Below, piece after piece: positions 38,130 to 45,926 of a stretch of DNA of 64,000 nucleotides. The stretch is from Candidatus Latescibacterota bacterium (GTDB lineage Bacteria; Latescibacterota; UBA2968; UBA8231). A program made the position numbers and the translations under genes. Location: the NCBI GenBank assembly GCA_965203355.1, contig OZ241889.1:4096001-4160000 (forward strand), in the 5' to 3' direction. The notes under the pieces are model-generated. The model did not search any database. It was not told the origin of the DNA and saw nothing but the letters and a program-made list of their open reading frames with translations. Each line of letters begins with the position of its first letter. The stretch's first letter is position 1.

Positions 38130-40250
38130 ATGCAACGCCTTATTGCTTCGTATTTCCTACTCGTCCTGTCAACTGCGCCCGTTCATAGCCGCGGGGAGTT
38201 TCGCGTCGGAGGCGACGACGGCAACCCTTGGCCCAGCCTACTGTCTCAAGAAGGAGTTGGCGAATACTGGCTCTTTGATGCCGAGGGTCAAGTCGTGGGC
38301 ACCGAACCCGTGGGTACCACGCCCCACGGCGTAGCGGCCGACACGCTCATCGACTTTGCCGACAACGCCATCGGGCCGCGCTTTATCAACCCGGCGGTCA
38401 ACCTGACTCTGACCGACCCCAATTCCTCGGATATCAAGATTCCTCTGCCCTACACTGGCGGCATAGTGCAGACGACCGATGGCTGCTCGGCTCTCGACGA
38501 CCAACTCCGCGCCGTGAAGAAGCAGTTCGACGGTGATTTCACCACGGCCCACTTCCGCCGCTTCACCCCAGGCCAAGGCATTTTCAGCGGCGGCTCGATC
38601 ATCGCCGGGGTCACCGGCGAGGGCTGGAAGCAATCGGTCGTCATCGACTTTGGCACGGCCGTGCCGGTCAACCGCATCCGCTTTCTGCCCCGCTTCGGGC
38701 GAGAAGATGACATCTTGCTCATCGAGGAACTCACGGAGCCCAAGCCACCGCTGGAAGCATTTGGCGAAGATAGCTTCGCCGCCAACTTCCTCGCCTGGTA
38801 CGAGCTGCGCAAGGGCGACAACACCGTGCGCTTTGCCAACAGCCCCTGCGACCGAGTCAGCCGCGTCACTAAGGGGCTGCGCTGGATACAAAACCAAGAC
38901 CCCGAACTCACCGTACTCGAATCCAACCGAGAAAATCTCGATCCAGTGGTAGAGTTGCGCTTCCCCACCGAGTCGATCCGCTACATCACGGCCCAAGCCT
39001 TTCCCCTGCGCGATTGGGAAGTCGCCGAATTCGAGGTGTACGGCGAGGGCTTTGTCGAGGAGACCGTCCTCGTCACTCAGATCCTCGACTTTGGCGAGCC
39101 AATCAACTGGGGCAAGATTCGCTGGGATGCTGACGTGCCCGCGGGCACTCGCATTGAGGTACGCACCCGCACCGGCAACGCACCCGATCTCAGCCTCTAC
39201 TTCGACGAAAACATCAACGGCGACATTCGCCCGATCACCTTGGCCGCATACGAAAAACTCGACCCGTCCGGTCGCCTGCCTACCGCGTATGACACCGACA
39301 ACTGGAGCTTCTGGTCTCCGCCCTACGATTTTGCCGCGGGCTTGCGAGACAGCGCCGTACCGGCTGAGGCTTGGCGGGACGGCACACCGCTTTTGTCGCC
39401 CGGGCCGAGCCGCTATATCCAACTTGCCTTTCGCCTGTTTTCCACCTTTACCACCGCGCCGCGCATCGGCTCATTCGCGATCCAATTCGGCGATGCACCG
39501 GCTGCCCGCCAAATCCTCGGCGAAGTGTGGCCCATTGCCGTCAATTCCTTCGCGCCCACGGAATTTACGTATGTAGTCCGGCCGGAATTCACCGCCGCCG
39601 ACACGGGCTTCGACCGGCTGGAGATCCGCACCCACGCTCAAGTCCAAGCCGTCTCTGCGGTCAAACGCGACGGCACCGAACTCGACTTGGACACCTTTGA
39701 GCCAGATATCCAAGCCGATCATTTCGTGGTGTCCTTCCCCCGTTTGCAAGGCGAAGACGACAGCTTCAAACAGCTCGAAGTGCGCTTTGTGGTGCCGGTC
39801 TTGCGCTTTGGCACTGAGTTTTCGGGCTGGGTATTCGACAGCAACGACCCCGACCATATCAAACAGCAAATTCGCCCGGGCAACGCCACCTTTCGCTTTT
39901 CGGGCGACGGGCTCGCCGTCAACACGCCGGTCGGCGGCCGGCTCCTCGTCGATATTGCGGTGACTTCCAACCCGCTTACGCCGAATGGCGATGGCGTGAA
40001 CGAGACCGTGGAAATCGCCTATAAGCTGCGCGAAGTTACGGCTAGCCGCCCGGTGCAACTGGCGATCTACAACCTCGCCGGTCAACTCGTAGTCGAGCTG
40101 CCGCCCATCACCGCACGCAGCGGCGAATTCGCCCATCGCTGGGATGGCCGCAACGCCGCGCAGCAACTCGTCTCCCCGGGCACCTATATCTGGCGGCTGC
40201 AACTAGAAGAGAAAGAGGAACGCACCGGGATACTCGCAGTCGCTTATTGA
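38130..40250 (+). CDS. Exported protein with FlgD/gliding-motility-like C-terminal domain (AVAY paralog 3)
   Basis: Signal peptide; EVAEFEVYGEGF; VRTRTG...WSFWS; NPLTPNGDGVN...ILAVAY. Confidence 0.75.
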   Translation: MQRLIASYFLLVLSTAPVHSRGEFRVGGDDGNPWPSLLSQEGVGEYWLFDAEGQVVGTEPVGTTPHGVAADTLIDFADNAIGPRFINPAVNLTLTDPNSSDIKIPLPYTGGIVQTTDGCSALDDQLRAVKKQFDGDFTTAHFRRFTPGQGIFSGGSIIAGVTGEGWKQSVVIDFGTAVPVNRIRFLPRFGREDDILLIEELTEPKPPLEAFGEDSFAANFLAWYELRKGDNTVRFANSPCDRVSRVTKGLRWIQNQDPELTVLESNRENLDPVVELRFPTESIRYITAQAFPLRDWEVAEFEVYGEGFVEETVLVTQILDFGEPINWGKIRWDADVPAGTRIEVRTRTGNAPDLSLYFDENINGDIRPITLAAYEKLDPSGRLPTAYDTDNWSFWSPPYDFAAGLRDSAVPAEAWRDGTPLLSPGPSRYIQLAFRLFSTFTTAPRIGSFAIQFGDAPAARQILGEVWPIAVNSFAPTEFTYVVRPEFTAADTGFDRLEIRTHAQVQAVSAVKRDGTELDLDTFEPDIQADHFVVSFPRLQGEDDSFKQLEVRFVVPVLRFGTEFSGWVFDSNDPDHIKQQIRPGNATFRFSGDGLAVNTPVGGRLLVDIAVTSNPLTPNGDGVNETVEIAYKLREVTASRPVQLAIYNLAGQLVVELPPITARSGEFAHRWDGRNAAQQLVSPGTYIWRLQLEEKEERTGILAVAY

Positions 40251-40274
40251 CCAACGGCGTTGAGCGCGTTTCAA

Positions 40275-40309
40275 GCGGGCGTGGGTTTATTCCCTCGCCC
40301 GCATTTTTT
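40275..40309 (+). terminator. Intrinsic terminator
   Basis: GCGGGCG...CGCCCGC stem followed by ATTTTTT. Confidence 0.7.
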
Positions 40310-40329
40310 GTGGAAAAGCGAAGAAGTGC

Positions 40330-40364
40330 TTGACACGTAAGTTTTTTTTTTTTTAGACTTACGT
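40330..40364 (+). promoter_or_regulatory. Sigma70-type promoter with poly-T spacer and flanking palindrome
   Basis: TTGACA (40330-35), 18 bp, TAGACT (40354-59). T13 at 40342-54. Inverted repeat ACGTAAGT/ACTTACGT. Confidence 0.65.
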
Positions 40365-40444
40365 CATCTTTGAGCTTGGGCTTAGGCCCTTGGTGCAGTT
40401 TTCACACAGCACTTCTCACTTCTCCTAAAGGAGGGTTTTTCGCT

Positions 40445-41347
40445 ATGCAAGATCGGACCAAATTCGCTTTGGCGGCAGCCTTAGTCATGGGCTTGTGCGG
40501 TACGTCTTTTGGCCACGCGCCGCCCGGCGAGCTCTACTTCGCCGTGCAGTTCCCCGACAACCTCGTCCCCACCATGGACGGCGACCTGTCGGATTGGGAT
40601 GTCGTGCCGATTGATCCGTACACGATTCGCAACGACCGCCTCTATTCGCCGGTGGCCGACATCCAGCCCGTGGGCCGCGGCGAGATCGATGTCAGCGACA
40701 TCAACATCCGCCATCTCATCGGCTGGAACGACAGTGCCAACAAGCTCTACTACATGTCCGAGGTTTTCGACAATGTCCACAACTTGGACCGCGAAAACCC
40801 CTCGGCCTTCTGGCAGGATGACGCTTGGGAAGTAGAAGTCAACCCGGACCACACGCCGACCGAGGAGCAGAACCTCGAAGGCGAGCCAGCCAACAACTTT
40901 AGCTATAAGTGGGCGGTGCCGCCGGTCGAAGGAGCCTATCAGTTCTACCGCCCGGTGCGGGCACTGGAGTGGTTCGTGGATGGCAGCGAATGGATCGATT
41001 TCGGCTGGAGCTACGACGGCGAGCAGTTCGGCGAGAGTACCTATTATTACGAGCTGGCCATCACGCCGATCATCTCAATGCCTAACGACGAGTCGGCCAC
41101 CCCCGAGCAAACCGTGATTTTCGACCTCGCGGAAAACGAGATCATCCACACATCCGTGACCGTAGGCGACTTCGACGAGCCATGCACCGAGTGTGTGCTC
41201 GAAAGCTATCAGGGCTTCTGGACCATGGCTCCGTCAGCGTGCTGCACGGCCACCAACGACGTGGTGCTGGCCGAGATGGAGCCTTCGATGGCGTCCATGA
41301 CCGCTGTCGAGGACGTAAGCTGGGGCCAGATCAAGGCCGCTTATTAA
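40445..41347 (+). CDS. Secreted CBM9/DOMON-like protein with C-terminal TAVE..SWGQIK motif
   Basis: AAAGGAGG RBS; signal peptide; PTMDGDLSDW, GWN....LY, WQDDAWEV; ends TAVEDVSWGQIKAAY. Confidence 0.72.
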   Translation: MQDRTKFALAAALVMGLCGTSFGHAPPGELYFAVQFPDNLVPTMDGDLSDWDVVPIDPYTIRNDRLYSPVADIQPVGRGEIDVSDINIRHLIGWNDSANKLYYMSEVFDNVHNLDRENPSAFWQDDAWEVEVNPDHTPTEEQNLEGEPANNFSYKWAVPPVEGAYQFYRPVRALEWFVDGSEWIDFGWSYDGEQFGESTYYYELAITPIISMPNDESATPEQTVIFDLAENEIIHTSVTVGDFDEPCTECVLESYQGFWTMAPSACCTATNDVVLAEMEPSMASMTAVEDVSWGQIKAAY

Positions 41348-41378
41348 GCAAGCCGCGACCGCTTCTTCAGGGTATGCG

Positions 41379-41415
41379 AAACGCCCTGCTTCCTTCGTCG
41401 GGAAGCAGGGCGTTT
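41379..41415. terminator. Intrinsic terminator between convergent genes
   Basis: 15-bp perfect stem AAACGCCCTGCTTCC / GGAAGCAGGGCGTTT. Confidence 0.85.
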
Positions 41416-41440
41416 GTGTTGAGATGAAGGCAAGCTGTGG

Positions 41441-41824
41441 CTACGGGAGGGCGTATTTAAGAATGAGTTGAACGACCACTAACCCGACGCTAATGGCCGT
41501 TGCCAGCGTCTTGGCACTGCTTTTTAAGCCGGAGATTTCTTTCTCCACAGTGCCAATTTTTACGTCGAGTCGTCGTTCTAACCCCTGTATATCTTCCTTA
41601 GTGGCCACCTTGAGTTCGGCAATCTCGGCTTGAGTAGCCACCTTGAGTTCGGCAATCTCGGTTTGAGTGGCCACCTTGAGTTCGGCAATGTCCGCTTTGG
41701 TGGCTACCTTGAGTTCGGCAATGTCCGCTTTGGTGGCCACCTTGAGTTCGGCAATGTCCGCTTTGGTGGCTAGGTGGTCATACGCGCCTTCGAGCCGAGC
41801 GACCCGCTCCGTAAACTCCGTCAT
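41441..41824 (-). CDS. DUF1640/CCDC90-like coiled-coil protein with C-terminal TM anchor
   Basis: GAGGAG RBS; LATKADIAELK repeats; C-terminal hydrophobic helix. Confidence 0.75.
   Translation of the reverse strand: MTEFTERVARLEGAYDHLATKADIAELKVATKADIAELKVATKADIAELKVATQTEIAELKVATQAEIAELKVATKEDIQGLERRLDVKIGTVEKEISGLKSSAKTLATAISVGLVVVQLILKYALP
41606..41770 (-). repeat. 5 x 33-bp in-frame tandem repeat (AT[KQ][AT][DE]IAELKV)
   Basis: Repeated unit ggccaccttgagttcggcaatgtccgctttggt and variants. Confidence 0.95.
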
Positions 41825-41909
41825 AGCACATCTCCTCTCTGTTGGGTTGAGGTCACATCCAACAAGTACCATGCGGCCCATATCGTTGTCAAGGGAGTCA
41901 GTCGCTTTT

Positions 41910-42641
41910 CTAAGCGCCGATCATCTCCTGCATCTTCGCGGCGACCCAGTCAATCGCCACATCCGCCATCACCCGACCTTTCTTGGGCGTGGCTAAGTCG
42001 CGGCCGGCCTCAAAGTAAATCGGGTCGCGCGGCGCGTAGCTCTCACTTTGTATCTGGAGATTGGCCCCCTCGTAATCAACCCCTTTCCACTGCACGTTCT
42101 CGGGAAACGCCGCCATGGCAAACGAGGTCTCAAACTCGGCTGCATGCGCCGGACAATCCCCAGACTCCAACACTTGGGCGACGAGCTCCCCGGAATACGC
42201 CGCCCAATACGAGTAAAACTGCACGTCCATGCCCAAGCGTTTGCCGAACTCCTCGACTTGGTCGCCCAAAGGGCCGTTGCCGGCGTGGCCATTGCATATC
42301 AGGACGTGCTCAATCCCGTGCCGCTTGAGCGACTCGCACACGTCGTAGGCCACGGCAAAAAAGGTCTCTGGCCGCAGGCTCAAGGTGCCGGGGAACTCCA
42401 TCCAGTGCTCGGATATGCCGATGGACAAAGGCGTGGCCACCACCGCTTGCGGATAGAGCTGCAAAGCCGCTTGGTGCGCCACATGCGCCGCGCTGGCGGT
42501 ATCGTGCTCCATGGCCAGATGCTCGTTGTGCTGCTCGGTGCTGCCAGTGGGCAAAATCGCCCCCTTAATCAGGCCCTGTTCCAGCCGCTCGCGCACGTGG
42601 CGGCGAGTCAATTTCCACAGCCGTACTTCTTCGACGATCAT
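41910..42641 (-). CDS. Creatininase / creatinine amidohydrolase family protein
   Basis: LPTGSTEQHNEHL...D, GISEHW..FPGTLSL, NGHAGN, HAAEFETS. Confidence 0.9.
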   Translation of the reverse strand: MIVEEVRLWKLTRRHVRERLEQGLIKGAILPTGSTEQHNEHLAMEHDTASAAHVAHQAALQLYPQAVVATPLSIGISEHWMEFPGTLSLRPETFFAVAYDVCESLKRHGIEHVLICNGHAGNGPLGDQVEEFGKRLGMDVQFYSYWAAYSGELVAQVLESGDCPAHAAEFETSFAMAAFPENVQWKGVDYEGANLQIQSESYAPRDPIYFEAGRDLATPKKGRVMADVAIDWVAAKMQEMIGA

Positions 42642-42722
42642 CGTTCTACTCCTCGGATTCGCGTTTGACAGTGAAACTCTCAGGGCCTATCATGCAAAAT
42701 TAATCGACCGGAGACAACGCCT

Positions 42723-43631
42723 ATGCTCATCGTTTGCTGTTTTTTGCTCTTAGCCGCCCGGCCCCTAGCCGCCCAAACCGCTCAGTACGAAGGCTTTACT
42801 GGTTTTTGGCTCAAAAACGACCGCGCCGAGGCTTTTGCCATCGCCGCGCCGTATCCGCGCGTCCTCGCCTTCCGTCTCAAAGGCGGCGAAAATCCCCTCC
42901 ATGTCTCCCGCGAATACGAATACATCGGCGTGCGCTCGTGGTTTTTCGAGCCGACCCAGATTCCCGAATCCGGGCTACCGGCCCTGCAACCAGCCACAGC
43001 CGAGTTGACCGGTGTGCGCTCCACGCGCCTCACCGCCGCCCCAGACGACCGCTCGGGCTTGCGCTTGACTATGGAGATCGCACTCGACCCCGAGCAACCC
43101 ATACTCCACATCCGCCACGGCTTCAAAAACATGCGCGACAAACCGCGCCGCATCGCCTGCTGGGTCCTCAACGTCATCCGTCCCGCGGGCGTCGGCGTCA
43201 CCCCTTGGCGCACAGGGGGCCGCCGCAGTCTGCTATTCTGGCCCGACACCATCCCCAACGAGGCCGGTATCTACTTGGGGCCTAGGGCACTGGCGTTGGA
43301 TTATCGGATAAAACCGCAAAACGGTTGGCAAAAGGTCGGCACCAATGGCGACGCGGGCTGGATCGCCTTTGTCTGGAACGAGACCGCACTCAAATCCACC
43401 GTCGCCCACATCGCCGCAGCCGAATACCCCGAAGACGGCGGCACGGTGACGATGTTCAACTCCAGGTCTGAACTATTCGACGGCAAGCCGCGCTTCGGTG
43501 AAATCGAAAACGTCGGCCCGCTGAGCGAGCTAATGCCGGGGGGAACCTTGTGGATGGAACAAACACTCGAATTGATCGTCGGCCTTGACGGCAACGACCC
43601 CGAAAGCTGGGTCAAAATGCTGGCCGAATAG
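42723..43631 (+). CDS. Secreted DUF4380-like (galactose mutarotase-like fold) protein
   Basis: Signal peptide; PRVLAF...GGEN, YPEDG..V, EIENVGPL..L.PG. Confidence 0.55.
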   Translation: MLIVCCFLLLAARPLAAQTAQYEGFTGFWLKNDRAEAFAIAAPYPRVLAFRLKGGENPLHVSREYEYIGVRSWFFEPTQIPESGLPALQPATAELTGVRSTRLTAAPDDRSGLRLTMEIALDPEQPILHIRHGFKNMRDKPRRIACWVLNVIRPAGVGVTPWRTGGRRSLLFWPDTIPNEAGIYLGPRALALDYRIKPQNGWQKVGTNGDAGWIAFVWNETALKSTVAHIAAAEYPEDGGTVTMFNSRSELFDGKPRFGEIENVGPLSELMPGGTLWMEQTLELIVGLDGNDPESWVKMLAE

Positions 43632-43649
43632 CGGCCTACCAGCCGACCT

Positions 43650-45125
43650 TCACGCCCGCCACAAATCGAGTTGCGGCCTATCGCCAATTTGGATCAGCGA
43701 TCCAGCCGCCTCAAAAGGCATGCGCCCGCCAATGCAGTACGTACACAAGTCGCGCTCAGGCAGGCCAGTGCGTGCAAAAGCGTCTAGCATCCCCTGCCGC
43801 GACAAGTAAATCACAGGCATCCCCATGGCCTCGCCGATGGCCTCAGCCGTGCGCCCGCGTGCGATAAACTCTTCACCCGGTGGTGGGTCCGGCGGCATAT
43901 CCACCCCAAAGGTGCATCCCCTCGGCACGCCATCGTCGCCGATAATGCCAATCGGCGGCGTGTAACTCACCAAATAAGCCTGCTCAACGCCAGCTTCCTC
44001 GTAGAGCAGGTCGCAGGCGCGCTTGGAATTGTTGCCGCGCACAATGCTGTCGTCGATCAGGATCACGGTCTTGCCCTTGAGCTTTTGCGCCATCCCGGGC
44101 AAAAGATGCAGGTTTTGGTCGATCGAGTTCTTGCGCTCGCCAGCGGTCGATCCTTGGAATGAGCGTTCACCCCGCATCTTATAGAACACGGTCTCAAAGG
44201 GCAATTCCGCCTGCTTGGCGTAGGCGCGGGCCGCTACCTCGGGACAGCGCGGCAGGTACGTAACCAAATCGACGTCGGGCGGTAGAAATTCCTCGCTGAG
44301 CATCTCCCCTAGCGACTCGCGGATGCGGCGCACACTGACACCGTTGATAATCGAGTCGAGATTGGTGATGTAATTCCATTCAAAAAAGCAATAAGCGAGG
44401 TTGGTCGAGACCACCACTTGCTTGCGATAGTTTCCTTCAGGCGTGAGCGAGTAGATCGCGCCCGGCTCCAAGTCCTCGACGTATTCGCCGCCGTTTTTGC
44501 GGAAGGCAATGTCCTCCGAAGCCATCACGTACTTGCCGTCTTTCCAACCGAGCACCCCGGGTTTGATCCCGGTGCGATCGCGTATTGCGATCACGTCTCG
44601 CTCACGCTTGTCGGCGATGGCCAAGGTATAGGCACCGGGTACTTCCTTGAGGAAGTTGTGCGCCCCGCGCTCGCGATAGAGATAGAGCAGGGCCTCGGTG
44701 TCACAGCTCGAATACAAGTGCAAGGGAGCCGAGTCCTCGAAGAAGACCCGGTCGACCTGGCCGTTGTGAACGGCCGCCATGTCGCAGTCCCAGATCAGGA
44801 TGTGGTTGTCGCGGTGTTCGACCGTGCCGCCGATGACGTGTGGATGGGCCTCCTCGAGGATTTTGTCCTTCGAGCCGCGCGTGGCGTAGCGCACGTGGGC
44901 CATGTAAGTATGGTAATTGGGGCTGAGGAAAATTTTGTGCAGATCGGTCACGTCAAAGCGCGAGACCCCACCCTGCCACTTGATCACGTCGATGCGGCCG
45001 TCGCCTATTGCCGCGATGCCGGCCGCCTCCCGGCCCCGATGCTGTAGCGAATGAATAAAGCGGTAGGCGTCGTGCAGAGAGTGTGCTACGGTCAAACCAC
45101 AGTTGTGGCGAACGACTTCGGCCAT
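43650..45125 (-). CDS. purF: Amidophosphoribosyltransferase (divergent, propeptide and [4Fe-4S] type)
   Basis: RHN-CG Ntn nucleophile, LQHRG, AHVRYAT, HNG, CDTE, ASE, CFFE, LIDDSIVRG, GVDM, CTYC. GAGG RBS before ATG 45125. Confidence 0.8.
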   Translation of the reverse strand: MAEVVRHNCGLTVAHSLHDAYRFIHSLQHRGREAAGIAAIGDGRIDVIKWQGGVSRFDVTDLHKIFLSPNYHTYMAHVRYATRGSKDKILEEAHPHVIGGTVEHRDNHILIWDCDMAAVHNGQVDRVFFEDSAPLHLYSSCDTEALLYLYRERGAHNFLKEVPGAYTLAIADKRERDVIAIRDRTGIKPGVLGWKDGKYVMASEDIAFRKNGGEYVEDLEPGAIYSLTPEGNYRKQVVVSTNLAYCFFEWNYITNLDSIINGVSVRRIRESLGEMLSEEFLPPDVDLVTYLPRCPEVAARAYAKQAELPFETVFYKMRGERSFQGSTAGERKNSIDQNLHLLPGMAQKLKGKTVILIDDSIVRGNNSKRACDLLYEEAGVEQAYLVSYTPPIGIIGDDGVPRGCTFGVDMPPDPPPGEEFIARGRTAEAIGEAMGMPVIYLSRQGMLDAFARTGLPERDLCTYCIGGRMPFEAAGSLIQIGDRPQLDLWRA

Positions 45126-45387
45126 AGACGTTCCTCGCGGCAAAATGTCCAAGGGATGTAGCCCAAAAGTACGAGTGACCGCGCCATACGGCAAGGCCGC
45201 CCTTGTGCCAACAGCGAATCAACGGTCTGGGCAAATGCCGTGTGCGCCGCTGAGAGTACGCCGCCGGTGGAGCTCATGTCATCGACCCCGTAAGAGCGCA
45301 CTTCGTGTCCGGCCAACAAATATCGCGGTGTCCTGTGGGTTGGCTTTCGTTGTTGGGGAAGAAGTTAGAGTCTTGTCGAGCACTTTT

Positions 45388-45426
45388 AAAAAAAAGCGGG
45401 CGAGGGGATCGCGCCCCTCGCCCGCT
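45388..45426 (-). terminator. Intrinsic terminator of glnB
   Basis: AGCGGGCGAGGGG / CCCCTCGCCCGCT stem with A8 (U-tract on the minus strand). Confidence 0.85.
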
Positions 45427-45445
45427 AACTCAGCATCGCCGTAGG

Positions 45446-45784
45446 CTAGATAGCCGCGTCGCCAGTCTCACCAGTGCGGATCCGCACCACCTCATCTACC
45501 GACAGCGTGAAAATTTTGCCGTCGCCAATGTGGCCCGTCCGCGCCGCCTCGCGCACGGCATCCAAGCACTGCTCGGCGAGATCGTCTCGCACCACGACCT
45601 CAACCTTGAGCTTGGGAGTAAAATCAACGACGTACTCGGCACCGCGATATATCTCCTTATGACCTTTTTGGCGGCCAAAACCCTTGACTTCGCTAACCGT
45701 TATGCCTTGGACGCCCAAGCCGCTCAACGCCTTCTTGATAGCGTCTAGCGCGTTGGGCCTCACTACGCACATTAGCATTTTCAT
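45446..45784 (-). CDS. glnB: P-II nitrogen regulator
   Basis: VKGFGRQKGHKEIYRGAEY, TGHIGDGKIF, VRIRTGETG; 112 aa. GlnB versus GlnK cannot be resolved. Confidence 0.93.
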   Translation of the reverse strand: MKMLMCVVRPNALDAIKKALSGLGVQGITVSEVKGFGRQKGHKEIYRGAEYVVDFTPKLKVEVVVRDDLAEQCLDAVREAARTGHIGDGKIFTLSVDEVVRIRTGETGDAAI

Positions 45785-45926
45785 ATCGCCATCTCCTCGC
45801 GTGTTGATGCCTAGGAAAAGTAGGTCTCCGCGCCCTCTGGCGCAATGGGCGCAATCGCTTTAGACTTGTGGCCCCGATTATTAGCCGTTCTCAGTCGGTG
45901 CGTCTCTTTTGCATGGTGTAGTTTCA

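Noticed and set aside
45126-45387. Purine, ZTP or PRPP riboswitch in the long purF leader
   Set aside because: No recognisable consensus elements. An Rfam scan is needed, so no feature is claimed.
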